Part shown: positions 47,630-61,560 of the stretch, one piece after another
Position numbering within the stretch: position 1 is the stretch's first letter
Layout of the letters: every line of letters starts with the position of its first letter
Assembly (NCBI GenBank): GCA_964016885.1
Contig: OZ024746.1
Coordinates: 75,826,001 to 75,890,000, forward strand
Direction: 5' to 3'
DNA length: 64,000 bases
Source of the DNA: Eledone cirrhosa
Lineage: Eukaryota
Position numbers and translations under genes: made by a program
Notes under the pieces: model-generated
The model's input: the letters and a program-made list of their open reading frames with translations, nothing else
What the model was told of the DNA's origin: nothing
Database searches by the model: none

Positions 47630-49899
47630 GTTAGTTAAATGACGATTTAAAAAATGTTTCTGCTATTAAATTAAATTAACAATTTGTTGAAGTTTCTCCT
47701 TTCCAGGTCCCTTTTAAAAAAACCCACATATATTTGTAAAACATTGTGGATTGTTATATTGAGTTAGACAGGAATAGGTGAAGGCATATGACTTGCCTTG
47801 GAAAACATCATATATAGTGTATATATATGTTGCAACATATATATATAACTGGTACTTAGCTGCATCAGCATTAGTCTTTCCTTTGGACTACATCATATAT
47901 AATATATATGTGTTGCAACATTACTAGTACCAAGCTGTGTTGGTCTTAGTCTTTTCCTTGGACAACATCAGTATTGTACACTTGTATGCATGGGCAACTG
48001 TTGGTCTTTCACAAAACACCATGATCAGGTTGGAGCCTTGGAGATAAAACCCATGGTTAGTCATGATCGAAAGGGAATCTTTCTTTTAGATATAAATATA
48101 TTTCAACAACCACATTTGTATAATATATAATGTTTGAACTGGCAATAACAAAGGTCTTCTTGGTTCATTTATAATTACCATTGTCACATTGCCAAGATTA
48201 TGTTTGTGGATATTCTTGAACCACCTCCTGGCAATGACATCTATTAATTTCCTTAAATGTATTTAAGCCTCATACAGTATCATCATCATCTTCATTCACC
48301 CCAACCACCATTAGTATCATCATAATCATCATCATCATAAACAACATCATGATCATTTAATGTTTGTTCTTCCATGCTGGTATGGGTGGGATGAGTCATC
48401 ACAGACCAAATCAGTACTTAATTGAAGCCAGTAACTCCTCAGACAGTCTGGGGGCATGCATCTCACTTACATATGTTCCAACACTTTACAGAGTGTATTG
48501 AGTTCATTTTATCATGACACCAGCTCTAGCACTTGTCATGTCCTTGGGTACAACAGAAGAGTCCTATCCAACCCATGTTTATAAATAATAAAATATGAGA
48601 CAATTATCAGTGAGTGAGTGAGTTATATTATTCACACCATTTCAGCCAAACATTATATTGATTGATTCAAGTTCCAGTGTATTACATTCAGGATTGATCC
48701 AAATATTTCTTATTTATTGACTTTCTATTTACAGGTAGATACATGTTGATGATATATTGTCCTAAGTCAATAACCTCCACTATCACCATCACCACCACCC
48801 TATCATCTACAACTACTAAGGTAGATACAGGTTGATTTTGTACTTAGTCAATACCTTCACTACCACGACAATCACCAGCTCCACCACCACTGCCACTTAC
48901 ACTGACACTCCACTGACACTGCCACTGACACTACCACCACCACAACCAAACTATATTCTTCAACTACTAAATTTATATTCTATAACAGTATAAAGAAGTA
49001 CATGTATTTTTAAAATGACCATTTTGACCTGTAATACTATTAATATTATTAATATTTTAACTAGCTCTTTATTCCACAAACTCTTTCCAATTCTCAATAA
49101 TTGTTTCAGTATTTGGTTGTTTTTGTTATTTTTGTTTAATTTTTTAAAGGAATTTTTTAAATATTTTTATTATCTTTAATCAGTGCTGTCTAAGTAGAGG
49201 AACTATGATGTAAAGGTATCTTGATTATAGAATTGATCTGTCAGTGTTTTAGCTCTACTTGTCCTGTCAATATTGTAGCTATGTTGTTAAGGCAGTCAAG
49301 CTGTTATAGCATTGGATATTTGTTCTGGGTCCCAGCATTCTGAGTTCAAATGCCATAAATGTCCACTTTGCTGTTCATCTTTTTGGAGTTGATAAAGAAA
49401 TTACCAACTCAGTGTTGGTGCCACCTTCTTTACTCTCAGCTATCATACGATGGATGTTCCACTGGATCAAAGAAGGAGGGTTTAGAGGGTGTCTGTATCT
49501 ACTTGTAACTGCACAGGCACTTTAAACTCTTAGTGAAAGCATGGTACACACTACCATGTTGTAAACACTACCAAGTCATCCTTGGTTGCAAGTGACAGCT
49601 GTAGTTATTATCATCATCAACAGCAACCACCACCACTGCATGTTTTATGTCTATATTTTCTCTATACTAGATATGGTATTTTATGGTGTATAAGTAGAGC
49701 TGAATTTTAACTTTTTTCCAAAACATATTTACTTCAAAATAAAGTTATGTTGTATATTCTGAAAAATTGGATAATTAATATCTTGTTTCAGCTGTAGTGC
49801 AAACAAGTTTTCTTAGTGGAAAAAGGATCTTAAATATTGTGACAAAGTTCACAATATTTTGAATAGGAACTAATAAACATCTCCACACTGTTTCAACAT

Positions 49900-50450
49900 T
49901 TTCAGTTTGCTCAGGGAGTTCTCCGAATTTGGATGCAATAGTATCTATATACCTAGTCCTGACTTTCTTATCCACCAATACTTCCCACTTTATCCTGTAG
50001 GTCAGTGGGCTTCTTTGGCTTTAGTTAGTCTCAAGTTGCAGATAACTAGATGGTGATCAGTTGACAGCTCAGCTCCTCCCTTAACATGAACATCCAGCAC
50101 AGAATCAATTATTGATCTCTGTCCCTGATTCCCCTTATACCATGTATATTTATGGATGTCTCCATGCTGGAATAAGTTGTTTATAATAGAGAGCCTATAG
50201 CTAGAACAGAAATCTAGTAAGACGCCTACACCCATATTTAGATCAGGATCCCCGTTCCTTTCACTCCTTTCCATGTTAGGTGGTCAGTGTTAACATGTGC
50301 ATTGAAGTCTCCCATTAGGATATATAACTCAAGTTTTAACTACATCTAACACTGCAGTGACTTCATCAAGGAAGGATCTGTATTCGGACTCCTTGTTTGG
50401 TGCATAAACTTGCACCACCCACAGAGACTTATCATCCAACATAAGCTTCA
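49900..50450 (-). mobile_element. Old RTE LINE endonuclease fragment (second family)
   Basis: VYAPN, LMGDFNAHV, LLDFC...LSI.N..FQH...HKYTWY, SIID, AELSTDHHLV. Confidence 0.8.
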
Positions 50451-51016
50451 AGTTTTTATTTGAGTGATTTACTAAATTATTAATTATTTCCTTACTAAGA
50501 TTGTAATTTATATAAAATTATGTTTTAATTTAAATAAGAACCCTTTAACATGGATGGTTTTGTTTCATAGAACCAGAGCCAGTTTTGGCTGGGCTGGTAT
50601 CAAAAGGGTTAACCCTTTTGTCCCTATATTTCTAATGAAATATACTCTATTTTAATTAATTAATGGGGGATTTTGAAAGATTTACTAAAATTTCTATGAT
50701 AGTAACTTAACATATGGTTCTTATAAAAAATTATGTTTTAACTTAAAAAGGAACCTTTTAACATTGGTGATTTTGTTTTATAGAACCAGAGCTGGCTTTT
50801 GCTGGGCTGGTAGCAAATTATTAATTTAAATGTTCACTAGATTGACTTCGACTGTCACCTACTTTATTATCCCTAAATTAATCTTAGAGGATGGATCAGG
50901 CTGGAGTATTTAACTGACTGGATATTTGACATAACTGTTGGATGGCTCATTTATTGAAAATCAAGGTCATTTAGAGCAGTCTCTGAAATCATTGCTAAAC
51001 TTCCTTTATATGACTC

Positions 51017-51655
51017 ATGTTGTTTACTCGAGAGAAGGCTACGTTGGTATGGACACGTGATGCGCATGAAAGTCGATAGCTGTATAACAAAGTGCAGGGC
51101 AATAAAGATAGACGGTAGTCACGGAATAGGCAGACCTAGAAAAACCTGGGACGAGCTGATAAACTCCGACATCACACACTTACACCTCTCCAAGACAATG
51201 TCACTGGACCGAGACCTTTGGCGGTACTCAGTAACAGAGAAGACCCGCCTTACCTAAATATATAGTAAAACCTACTCCAGCCAGTAGGCATCTCTAACAA
51301 AATACACCCCGTCCCACCACCCCCACCCCCACCCGATCCACACCACCCCGTTCTATGTAAAGTTATGTTGGTGCCGCGCCATCGAGGCCGAAACAAATGA
51401 GATCGTGTAGGTGTCACGACAAAAAAACACACAGTCCACGCTGTAATGTGGCCGTGTAGGCAACACGGTAAAAACCTCCCAGACCCACACTGTAAATGTG
51501 GTTGGTGTTAGGAAGGGCATCCAACTGTAGAAAACCTGCCAGACAGTCCTATGCGAGCAAGACAATCACTCTTGCCTCAAGTGGGACTACCCCCGTCCAA
51601 ACCCATGCAAGCGTGGAACACGGACGTTAAACGTTGATGATGATGATGATGATGA
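51017..51655 (+). mobile_element. Young RTE LINE 3' end (copy 3)
   Basis: Almost identical to the reverse complement of 34204-34847; (GAT)n tail. Confidence 0.95.
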
Positions 51656-54366
51656 ATATATAAACTTAAGATTAAATAAATAATAAAAATGGTATGCAAA
51701 ACATGTGATAGAGTATGTTTTCACAATTTTGTTTCTTGATAAAAGAAAAAAAAACAAAAAAATTTTAATTCTAGATTCTTTTTCATGTAGAAAATTTTCT
51801 TATATTTTTTAGAATTCAATCCTTCATCATTTTACGTTTGCCGTCCATGTTGGTATGGGATGGACTGGTTGTCACAGTCCATGGCTAGATGGATTTCTGA
51901 GACCTCACTTTGCTCATATGTTCCATATTTGACTTAGTTTCTATAGGTGGATGCCCTTCCTAGTGTCAACCTTCTCACAGAGTATATTGGCTGCATTTTA
52001 TCATGGTACCAGCTCTAACACTTTACAAAGTACCAATTGCATTTTATTGTGGAATCAGCACTGTTACTTTATAGAGAATATTAGATACATTTTATAATGG
52101 TACCAGCATTACTACTGTATAAAGTGCACTCAGTATATTTTGTCTTAGCACCAGCATTACCAGTTTACAGAGTGTACTTGCTGTATTTTATCATGGCACC
52201 AGCACTAACAATGTTAGTGCCAACACAGTTATGCCAAGAATCAAAGCTGACTCGCTTGGGTAAAAAAAAAGAAAACATTCTAATTCTAGATTCTTTTCTT
52301 ATAGAAATCTGTTTCTTGCTCATTTAGGTTCCAGTCCATTTCTCGTGTAAACAATAATCCCTGTAAAAGAAAATATTACTTTTTTCTTATAAAAGTCAAG
52401 TTGACTGAAGTAAGTTTTAGATATTCTTTTACTATTGTACTGTTTTAAGTCATTTGACTGCAGCCGTGTTAGGCTGCCTCTTTGGTTTAGTCAATTATAT
52501 CAGTCCCAGTACTTATATTTTTTTCAAGTCAAGTACTTAGTTACTGTTCTCTTATTGTTGAACTACTAAGTCACATTTCATAAACACAGACACAGACTGT
52601 AATACATGCACACAGACACACACACACAGACACACACATTTTCTGTCAACCAAATTTCACTCACAAAGTATTGATCAGCCCAAGGCTGACACCTGCACAG
52701 TGTGACTGAACCTGAAACAATATAGTTAGGAAGCAAGCTCCTTAATCACACAGTTATGCCTGCACATATGTCAAACTCTATTAGAGTAAATGGAGGCAAA
52801 TATAAAATCTAATGGGTGTAAAATATTTTAAAGGACAGACTTAATTCTAGTAAGTTCAAAACTTTAAAAAAAAATTAAACATAATCTTTTGTTGCACATG
52901 GCTAGTTCATGAATCATGACCTTATCTGTTACAAATATTTGTTGCTGCTGGTGAATTGGCACTCTGATTTCAAATCCCACCAAGGTCAACTTAGACTTCA
53001 TCCTTTTGGAGTTGATAAATGAAGTACTAGTTCAAGGGTGGGTAGATTGGCAGAATTATAAAACGTTGGATGGGATGCTTTGCAGTATCTAATCTGGATC
53101 TATGAGTTCTAAGTTCAAATCCCAACTGATTCTCCCAGGTGTTGCAACTAGCAGATAGTATCAGCTTGTACAGAAGTGGCAACTCATTGCAGTAAAACTA
53201 GCCATTAGAAAAAGTTATGGTGAAGTCAAGGGTGTCTCAATGCTTTACTTTCTCAAGGGAAGGATGAAACATAAGGCTGTTTATTTTAACCACTCTTTTT
53301 TATTGTATAGATTTTGTTCATAAGAGGATTTGGTCTTTGCACTGCAAGCCAGTGACACACTGATCAGTTATATGGTATATTGTAAAACAACAAGCATTTT
53401 AAGGCCATTTTCTCTGCTAAAGCAGGGGCTAGCCATGCAGGCTTCATGATAGACTTTATACTTACCATGGGATCTTTTCTGATGTAATGTTTTACAACCA
53501 GATGCCCTTTCTGGTGCTAAGCTGTTTAGTTACTTCAAAGAACTTAATCTGTATATTACTAGTATATATATGTTATAGTTTACAAAATAAAATAAAGGTT
53601 GATATAATGGCATATGTGTATTTTAAATGGCTATCACAATCTATGGTACAATTGTCAGTATTATTATCAGTGGTTATTATAGATAATTATTTGTTTATTC
53701 ATAAACTATTGTGCTTTATAAGAAAAGATTTATGATGTTGATTAATTATTTAATTAAGACTATTCAGCACAAAATGTTAATGTGTGAGACTAGAAAGAGA
53801 GAAAAAGAAAGTATGAGGTTGTCATTGTTTAGTCGTAGATCTGTTCTGACTGGGAAGACTTATGTACAAAAGCATTCCAACAATGATAATGTATCTTATA
53901 TATAATACTACATTATCCAATATGGAGGTGTATGATTCAGTGGTTAGGGTATTCAGCTTACGATTGTAAGGCTATGAGATTGGTTCTTGATATTGTGTTG
54001 TGTCCTGAATAAGACACTTTATTTTATGTTGCTTCAGTTCACTCAATTGGAAAAAAATGAATTGTACCTGTAATTCAAATGACCAGCTTGTCACTCAATG
54101 TGTCACCTTGAATCTCTCTGAGAATTATGTCAAGGATACACATGTGGAATGTTCAGAGGTCCAACACATTATTCAGTGCAGTCATGGGTTTAAGTTATAA
54201 GACAATAGGGTATGATTTAAGCAGAATTTGGCTGCTATTTCTAGCATATGAAGAGATCACATGCAAAGTCTTTGATGTTTGTTTCTTTTATGAATTCCCA
54301 TCAAGTGACATTAATTACTTGTTCTCAACATGTTCTTTGTCTTTGGTACATAGATATGTAAGTATG

Positions 54367-54448
54367 ATTAATTATATAATGATGTAACATGCTAATGTAT
54401 GTATATATATACATACTTATTAGCATGTTACATTGTTATATAATTAAT
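54367..54448. repeat. Near-perfect palindrome/hairpin centred on a (TA)n run
   Basis: ATTAATTATATAATGATGTAACATGCTAAT ... ATTAGCATGTTACATTGTTATATAATTAAT. Confidence 0.9.
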
Positions 54449-55624
54449 TATATGAACGTATGTACATACACGTAGACAGAAGACAAAAGTCATGACAAGA
54501 ATAAGTAAAGCAATATTATTTAATGTGGAAACTAACATCAAAGCCATATACCACCTTTACATGGTTGCTTGACCTGCTAGAAATAGCATGTCTTAAAAAT
54601 TATATCTAAATTAGAGTGATATAAGGGTGAGATAGAAATAAAGAGTGAGCTTTGATACAGATAGAATTGATGCCCCCTCTATGGCAGAAGATGATAGGTC
54701 GGTGGGTAGCACATAGGGCACTATATGGATATTCAAAAGTGTTTGTAGAAGGGTAGAGACCCAATATGTTTAGCTTCCATCTCCACTTTTATTTTTTATA
54801 AGCATTACACCATACATGTGATTGAGAAGCTCGATACATCCAACTTTCATCTACAACTACCTTTATATAACAATCATTTCGCTATGTTTGCACCAGTTGA
54901 CAGGTTTTCTCCTGCACATGTTGCCAATCACCACAATATTCATTCACTATATTCCTCAGTCACCACCATCCTCAGCCATCTTCTTTGTCAGGTTCAGCTT
55001 CTTGGGGAGGTCACTCTTCACCATTTTGTCTTCCTTAGTCTAACTTCTTCCACCAGTTCGTTCTACTTCAAGCACACCGCCTTTCTTAACTCTTAATATC
55101 TTATAATGATTTAGCAGATAATATATAAAAATGGGTTTGTTAATTCAAATGTTTTTATAATAAATCTTTACTAGTAGACAATTTAATTTTTAATTTTTAA
55201 GCATGCAAAACCAGACTTAAAATGATGATGATATAGTCATGGTGCTGTTTTTCACTCTTCAAGAATGTCTTGTTAATGTAGGGTTTCATGCTGTACAGGA
55301 CATTAAGAGTTAATTCAACTGTCATCTTCCATATGCATCACCTGTCCATTACATCTGATTTTTCCTTTTATATCCAACTTTTCTCACAACTCATTTATAC
55401 TCATTCTTGCATACTAACGTTACACATTCAGCAGAGCATGCATGCTTCATTTCTTTTGAGGCATTGCAAATCCTTTGCAAGGTCCACATCTTGCTGTCAT
55501 GCAACATTTGGAAAAACGTTTTGCACAGGAGAAAAGCATGTGTGTATTTAGTATAAGCCATTTTGGACACACACACACACAGACACATACATACATACAT
55601 GTATATATATATATATATGTGTGG

Positions 55625-55950
55625 GAGTGTCTTCATCATATTTCTCCTGGCCATAACAGAGGAGTTTAAAACTGGCTGTCCATGGGAACTTCTCTCTGCA
55701 GATGATTTGGCCCTTATAGTCGAATCCATAAAAGAACTAGATAAGTTCTGACTATGGAAACAAAATTTGGAATCAAAGGAACTGAGAGTAAACTTAGTCA
55801 AAACTAAAGTACTAGTAAGTAGGAAAGAAGATAGAACCCTGATCCCTTCAGGGAAGTGGCCCTGCTCCATATGTAGAAAAGAAGTTGGCATAAACTCAAT
55901 ATGGTTTACTCAATGTAAATCTTGGGTTTTTAAGAGATGTAGTGGGATAA
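55625..55950 (+). mobile_element. Old RTE LINE RT fragment (PHD-bearing family)
   Basis: AITEEFKTGCPWELL.ADD..VNLVKTKV..WPCSICRK.VG.NSI..QCKSWV.KRCSG. Confidence 0.85.
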
Positions 55951-56675
55951 TGGTCCAGGGCCTATGCATAACTTCCAAAAATCCCTGGCCTCGCAGTGCT
56001 ACCGGGGAGCATTGCTGGTCCGAGATAAACTCTACTGGTATGGAAGTGCCGTCAGCTGGCCAAGTCCGAGATGAGTGCAGAGTGATGAAACTGTCGTGCA
56101 CACACTCATCTAGCGTCTGAGTATTGCTGGCTTGTGGGTTTATTTCGAGCACCTGCTGTCATGTGTGGGATGGATCCAACTGTCAGCTGAGTCCATTGTC
56201 AAAATCGCCCTGCCACCCTTCCTTAGCCAGGAAGGGCAGGCTGTTTTTATGTCTGGTGGACGCTTCTAAAAGGGCTGAAGATGGGCACTTTCCTTTTTGG
56301 TGACCCCCCCCTTATTAACTTCTTCAGGTTTCACTTGAAGAGGAAAATCAGTGTGGAGAAGGAAGTGCTGCCTTCAAAGCAATTTGTTGAAAGGTGGATG
56401 AAAGAAGCAAGAATGGCCCTAGTGAATGGGTCTGCTCTGAGTGTGTGCCTGTAGATTGAGGGAGGTCACCTGGGAGAGGGCACTTGACCTGGCATGAATA
56501 ACCCTCGGAAGTCTCCTCCCTATTGGAGAATATTCTTTTGTTTCTATTTTCTTTTTATTACATCCATTGTTTTTGTTTTATACTCATTTCTACATTGTAC
56601 TGTCCTGTGCTGTTCTTAATGTATTTTTTATGTAAACCTTTTGTGGTTAATAAAGAAATCATTATTATTATTATT
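55951..56675 (+). mobile_element. Tx1/L1-clade LINE 3' fragment with (ATT)n tail
   Basis: GC-richer block: NFQKSLASQCYRGALLVRDKL..DETVVHTL (decayed CCHC); AATAAA then ATT repeats. Confidence 0.65.
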
Positions 56676-59175
56676 TAAATCTCAAACAGGTTTATGTTTA
56701 TTGTTTTCAGTTTAGTGTAGGTTGAGTAACTCTGCAAATTTAGACATTTGCATAATTTATTTTTATTATTCACAATACTCACTACTTTTTGCACAGCTAT
56801 AACATGAAATTTGCACTAAACTTTGATTAGGTAGACTGGGCGATGTGACCTAGTGGTTAGAGTGTTGGGCTTACTATTACAATGGCATGTGGTCAATTTC
56901 ACTTCATGTTGTTCCAGTCTATTTAGCTAAAAATAAGTATCAGCAGCATCTGGGCGTTCTACCTGCAATAGACTGGATTCCCATCCAGGGAAGAAGCTTT
57001 TACTCTCAGTAACTTAACTAGACCGATGAGCCTCCAGACTTGAGACAGACTTTAGCCATTTAAAGTTTGGACTGGGGTATGTTTTATATATAAAGCAAAG
57101 TAAATAATGCAACACCTGAGATGATTTTTTAACTCTTGTTGTTGCTATGTGTTGGATAATACTTTCTTCATGTTGTATATAATAAAATTCTTTTTCTATA
57201 ATTTATTCCAATCCTTGAAAAAAGCTTTTTGAAATATTTATATTTATTTAAAAACCTTCCATCATAATTTTATGTAAGAACTTTTATTAAGCTTAATAAT
57301 GAGAAAGTTAGTTACAGTACTAAATCCCTTCAAATTCTTGATAATTTTCAAAATTATTTGAAAATTATATACAGTGCCTTTTATTAGAAATATGGTAACA
57401 AAAGAGTTAATGTTCTAAGAGGTCCTGAGAAAGGTTCTTGCTACTGATCTTTTCTCACTAAGTCATAATTTTAAAAAATATTTCAAAAAGCTTTGTATCG
57501 AAGAACCAGAGGTGGTTTCAGGCATTTTGGAAACAAACAGATTAATTTATTTGGAAAATTTCAAAATATATTTTTCTCTGAAAAATTTCTTTTCTAGCAG
57601 TATGGTTCTTTTGATTTTATGAGTTGTGTTGCCACTCTGTAAGTGGTAGGGCTAATGCCATTATAAAATGTGACCAGTACACACTGTTAAGTGGTTTGCA
57701 TTAGGAAGGACATATAACTGTAGACATGGTTTCATCTCACCTTATAACTTGCCTAGTCACAGACTGTTACAGCCTGTCTAACCCATGCCAACATGGAAAT
57801 GATGATGCTTGGCTGTAACATATTTTACTCATCAGAAACAATACACGGGTTAGTGATGGGATCACTCTCTTTTTTTATTTTATTTTGAGTAATGTCTAAA
57901 AATGTTGCCCTGCATCATTTCTAGCACTTGAAATAAAATGATAAATTAGATTTTAAATAAACAAATAAAAAATGTAGGGATGGAATTCTAATTTTTATTT
58001 TTTTTTATTTTTGCTAAATTTAAAAAAAAAATCCCAATTTTTAGAATCTTGATTCAACAGACCATAACCCAATTGCTAAGACATCATCAAATCTTGGAAC
58101 TGAAAATGTAGATTCTGTATCAGCTTGCAGTCAATGTTTCATCTCAGCAGTTTTATGGAATGAGGTAATGAGGTGTAACAAAGATGTTTTTTAAAATATT
58201 TCCTAGAATCAGTGAAATTATTATTCACCATAAAGATTACTGGAATACTGAAATTAACTCATTTCCTCTGAAATAGTAACTGAAATCAACTAAATTAAAT
58301 GTTGAAATTTAATCTGCTCCCAGAAGGAGAAAAGGTCTAATATTATCTTTTACTTTCTTTTACTGGTTTCAGTTATAAGACTGGCCATATTGGGGCACTG
58401 CCTTGATTTAGTCGATCACATTGACAATAGTACTTATTTTATCAATCTAATTTTGATTGAACCATTTACTTACAGGTCATAAACACACATACACACGTGT
58501 GTGTATATATGACGCACTTCTGCAGTTTCCTTCTACCAAATTTCACACTAGTCATTTGACAGCCCAAGACTATAGAAGACATTTGCCCAATGTGCTGTAC
58601 AGTGGGACTGAACCTTGAACCACATGGTTGTAGAGTGAATCTCTTAACCACACAACCATGCCAGTGCCTTTTCTTTTTATTACTAACCTACAAAAGCTTG
58701 AAACACTCAACTTCTTTTATCTTAATGCACTGCTAGAATAGCTCTGAAACGCAATGGTTAAACAGCAAAATTTAATAAGAATAAAAAGAATATTGGTAAC
58801 TAATTTTTCTGTTTTCTAAGATAACATCGTGTGTGTTTGTGTGATTATTGTTAATTGAATTTTACACTGTCTCTGTAAATATATATACATACATATATAT
58901 AAGTTGTGTGCAGGAGAGAAGGCTGAGACATGTGATGCGCATGGAGGATGCCAAGAAATCCCAGTAGAAGGAAGACACAGTAGAGGTAGATGACAAAGGA
59001 CCATGACAAGAGGAGAGATGCTGTGCTGAATAGGAACCATCCAACCCTTGCAAGCAGGGAAAAGCGGACGTAAAATGATGATGATGATGATACATACACA
59101 CTGAGTCATTATGAAATCCAATACATATGTCATCATCATTTAACATTTGCTTTTATTGCCAGTAAGGGTTGGACT

Positions 59176-59182
59176 AATATAT

Positions 59183-59233
<51 letters not shown>

Positions 59234-59280
59234 GTAGTTAGTTGAATGTCCTTCATATAGTGAAAGAAAGTCTCCTAATT

Positions 59281-59311
<31 letters not shown>
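59176..59311. repeat. (TA)n microsatellites
   Basis: Two TA runs, 59176-59230 and about 59278-59311. Confidence 0.9.
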
Positions 59312-61284
59312 GGTAAAAACTGAACATTTGCTCTAGTTGAGCTGTAATATAATAAATGTCCTAAGTATGTATGGTTTGACTCTACTAGAAGCTACTTATT
59401 TTAATAACAACCTTCTTAAAAGTATATACTTTCATTGGCTCTGATTACAAATCTCTTCTCATATATTTTTCTTTTAAATGCGAAGAGCTTCTGGCTTCAT
59501 CAAGTATGGTCAGCTTCTGTCGACAATGCATTGGATTTCTGGTTGAGGCCATTCCAATTGAATTTTTAAAATTTTTATTAAGAATGGGATAGGCTCCACC
59601 AAATTTAATATAGATATCCTGTACCACATGAAATTGCATTAGCAAGACATTCTTGTAATGTACTCAACTTCATCAAATTAAAAATCTTCCAACGTAGTTT
59701 TATGTAAGAATCTTTATCAAGTTATATTCCAAACATTCCAAATTCTTGATTATTTGCTTTGAAGACTTTAGGTTGTGTTTTTTATTACAAGTATTGTAAT
59801 GAAAGGCTTAATAGAGGATTTGATAGCAATCAAATGCTATTTTCTTGCTATTGTCAAACTACAATATCATCTTTCAAGCAGCAATGAAGAATGTTCTCAA
59901 AATTGATAGGTTGATGATAAAACTGTGACTGATGTTTTCATAGATCCATACTGACATGGAAAGCTGCAGCATTGCTCTTAACCCTTTTGTTACTGTATTT
60001 CTAATGAAATACACTATCAACATATTTCAATTAATTTTGAAAATTACAGAGTTGGAGGATTTATTGAAATAACTAACCTTTTCATTAGTAAGTTCATTAC
60101 TTAACAAAAATTTTTAAAATAAAATTATGATAGAATGTTTTAATATTGGTATGGGCATTTTAAAACCACAGACTGTTTAGATGGCTTGATAACAAAGTTT
60201 TAAAAGCAGGATAAATTCATGATATTCAATTATATTCTTGCATGCATATTTCAAACCATTTTTCCTTATTAATTCTTATCACCCTGTAATAATTTAGCAG
60301 GAAATATATAAAAACAGATTTGTTAATTCAAATATTTATATTTAATTAATGGGCAAATTGTTGTGAAAACTTGCAGTGTGGAGTAAATACTTCGATTTTT
60401 AATGTGATGCAATCATTGTATTATTTTGTACTTTTCAACAATACCTTGCTAAAGCTGTTTCACCCTTAATGTCATGTACTGCATGAAACTACATTAGCAA
60501 GACATTCTTGGAAAGTACAAAACAACACCATGACTGCATCACATTAAAAACTGAAGTCTTTGGTTTACTGCAATTTTTTAATATGATCTGGCTACTTATA
60601 AAGATGCTATAAACATTTGAATTAACAAATCTCTTTTTAAATATTTTCTGGTAAATTATTACAGGATGTTAAGAGTTAATGGACATTTTGATGGCAATCA
60701 AATGTTATTGTTAGAATATAAATACTGTCTTTGAAACTACATTGAAGAATGATCTCAAAACTGATAGACTAATAACAATGGCCGATGTTTAGATAGATCC
60801 ATTCTGGACATGAAAAGCTATGGCATTGCTTTTAAATATCTTAACGACTGTGAAAGAGTAGTTGTTCTTTTATACAGCAGACATTTATTGCATTGAATGC
60901 AGAAATGTTGTTTTTATTCATCTTGCCTTTATTATTCAGAATCTATTATAAAAAATGATGATATATACTGCTGCTGCTGCTGCTGCTACTACTACTACTA
61001 TTACTACTACTATTTTGTAGTAGTAGTAGATTATATAAATAAGGCTTTCATACTTTCATGCCAGTATGGAAAACAAACAAAATGATGATGAGGATGATGG
61101 GTACTTCCTAGGAGCATTATTTTTCTGGACTTCAGTTCAAATCCCACCGAGGTTAGCTTTGTCTTTCATGCTTATAGGGTTGATAAAATAAAGAACCAGT
61201 AAGGCACTGAAATTAAATTAATCGACTTTCTCCTCCACCAAAATTGTTGGCCTTGTGTCTAAATCAGAAAAAATTATTTTTCTG

Positions 61285-61560
61285 AACTTCACTCATGAAG
61301 GTTTCCCAGGGAATTCTTTGATTTTAAAAAAAAAATTTTTTTTTCTGTATCCTGCTTCACAACTTTGATCACTTCTATAACAACTGGGACTATTCTTGCT
61401 ATTTCAATCTCTAGCTCTTTGTATTTGGAGGAGAGTTTTTCAACCTCCTTTACCAAGATGATATTATCATTTGAGCAAACCACATCAATTAGTGTACAAG
61501 AACCAAGTTCTTTTTTCTTTTTATAATGATGTCTGGTTGGTTTTCTCTTATCTCCTCTGT
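61285..61560 (-). mobile_element. RLE-type (R2/R4/NeSL-group) non-LTR retrotransposon C-terminal fragment
   Basis: PDIII..CTLIDVVCSND..KE.EKL.KYKELEIEIARI..VPVVI (PD-D-K endonuclease signature). Confidence 0.6.

Noticed and set aside
48735-48749. True terminal COX11 exon
   Set aside because: It reads VDTC* and lacks the conserved MPVFFYIDP..TLSYTFF; kept only as a speculative alternative site.
51017-51655. Assembly duplication or inversion breakpoints with 34204-34847
   Set aside because: The 5' truncation points and flanks differ, there are small internal differences, and the COX11 exon between them is in the correct orientation.
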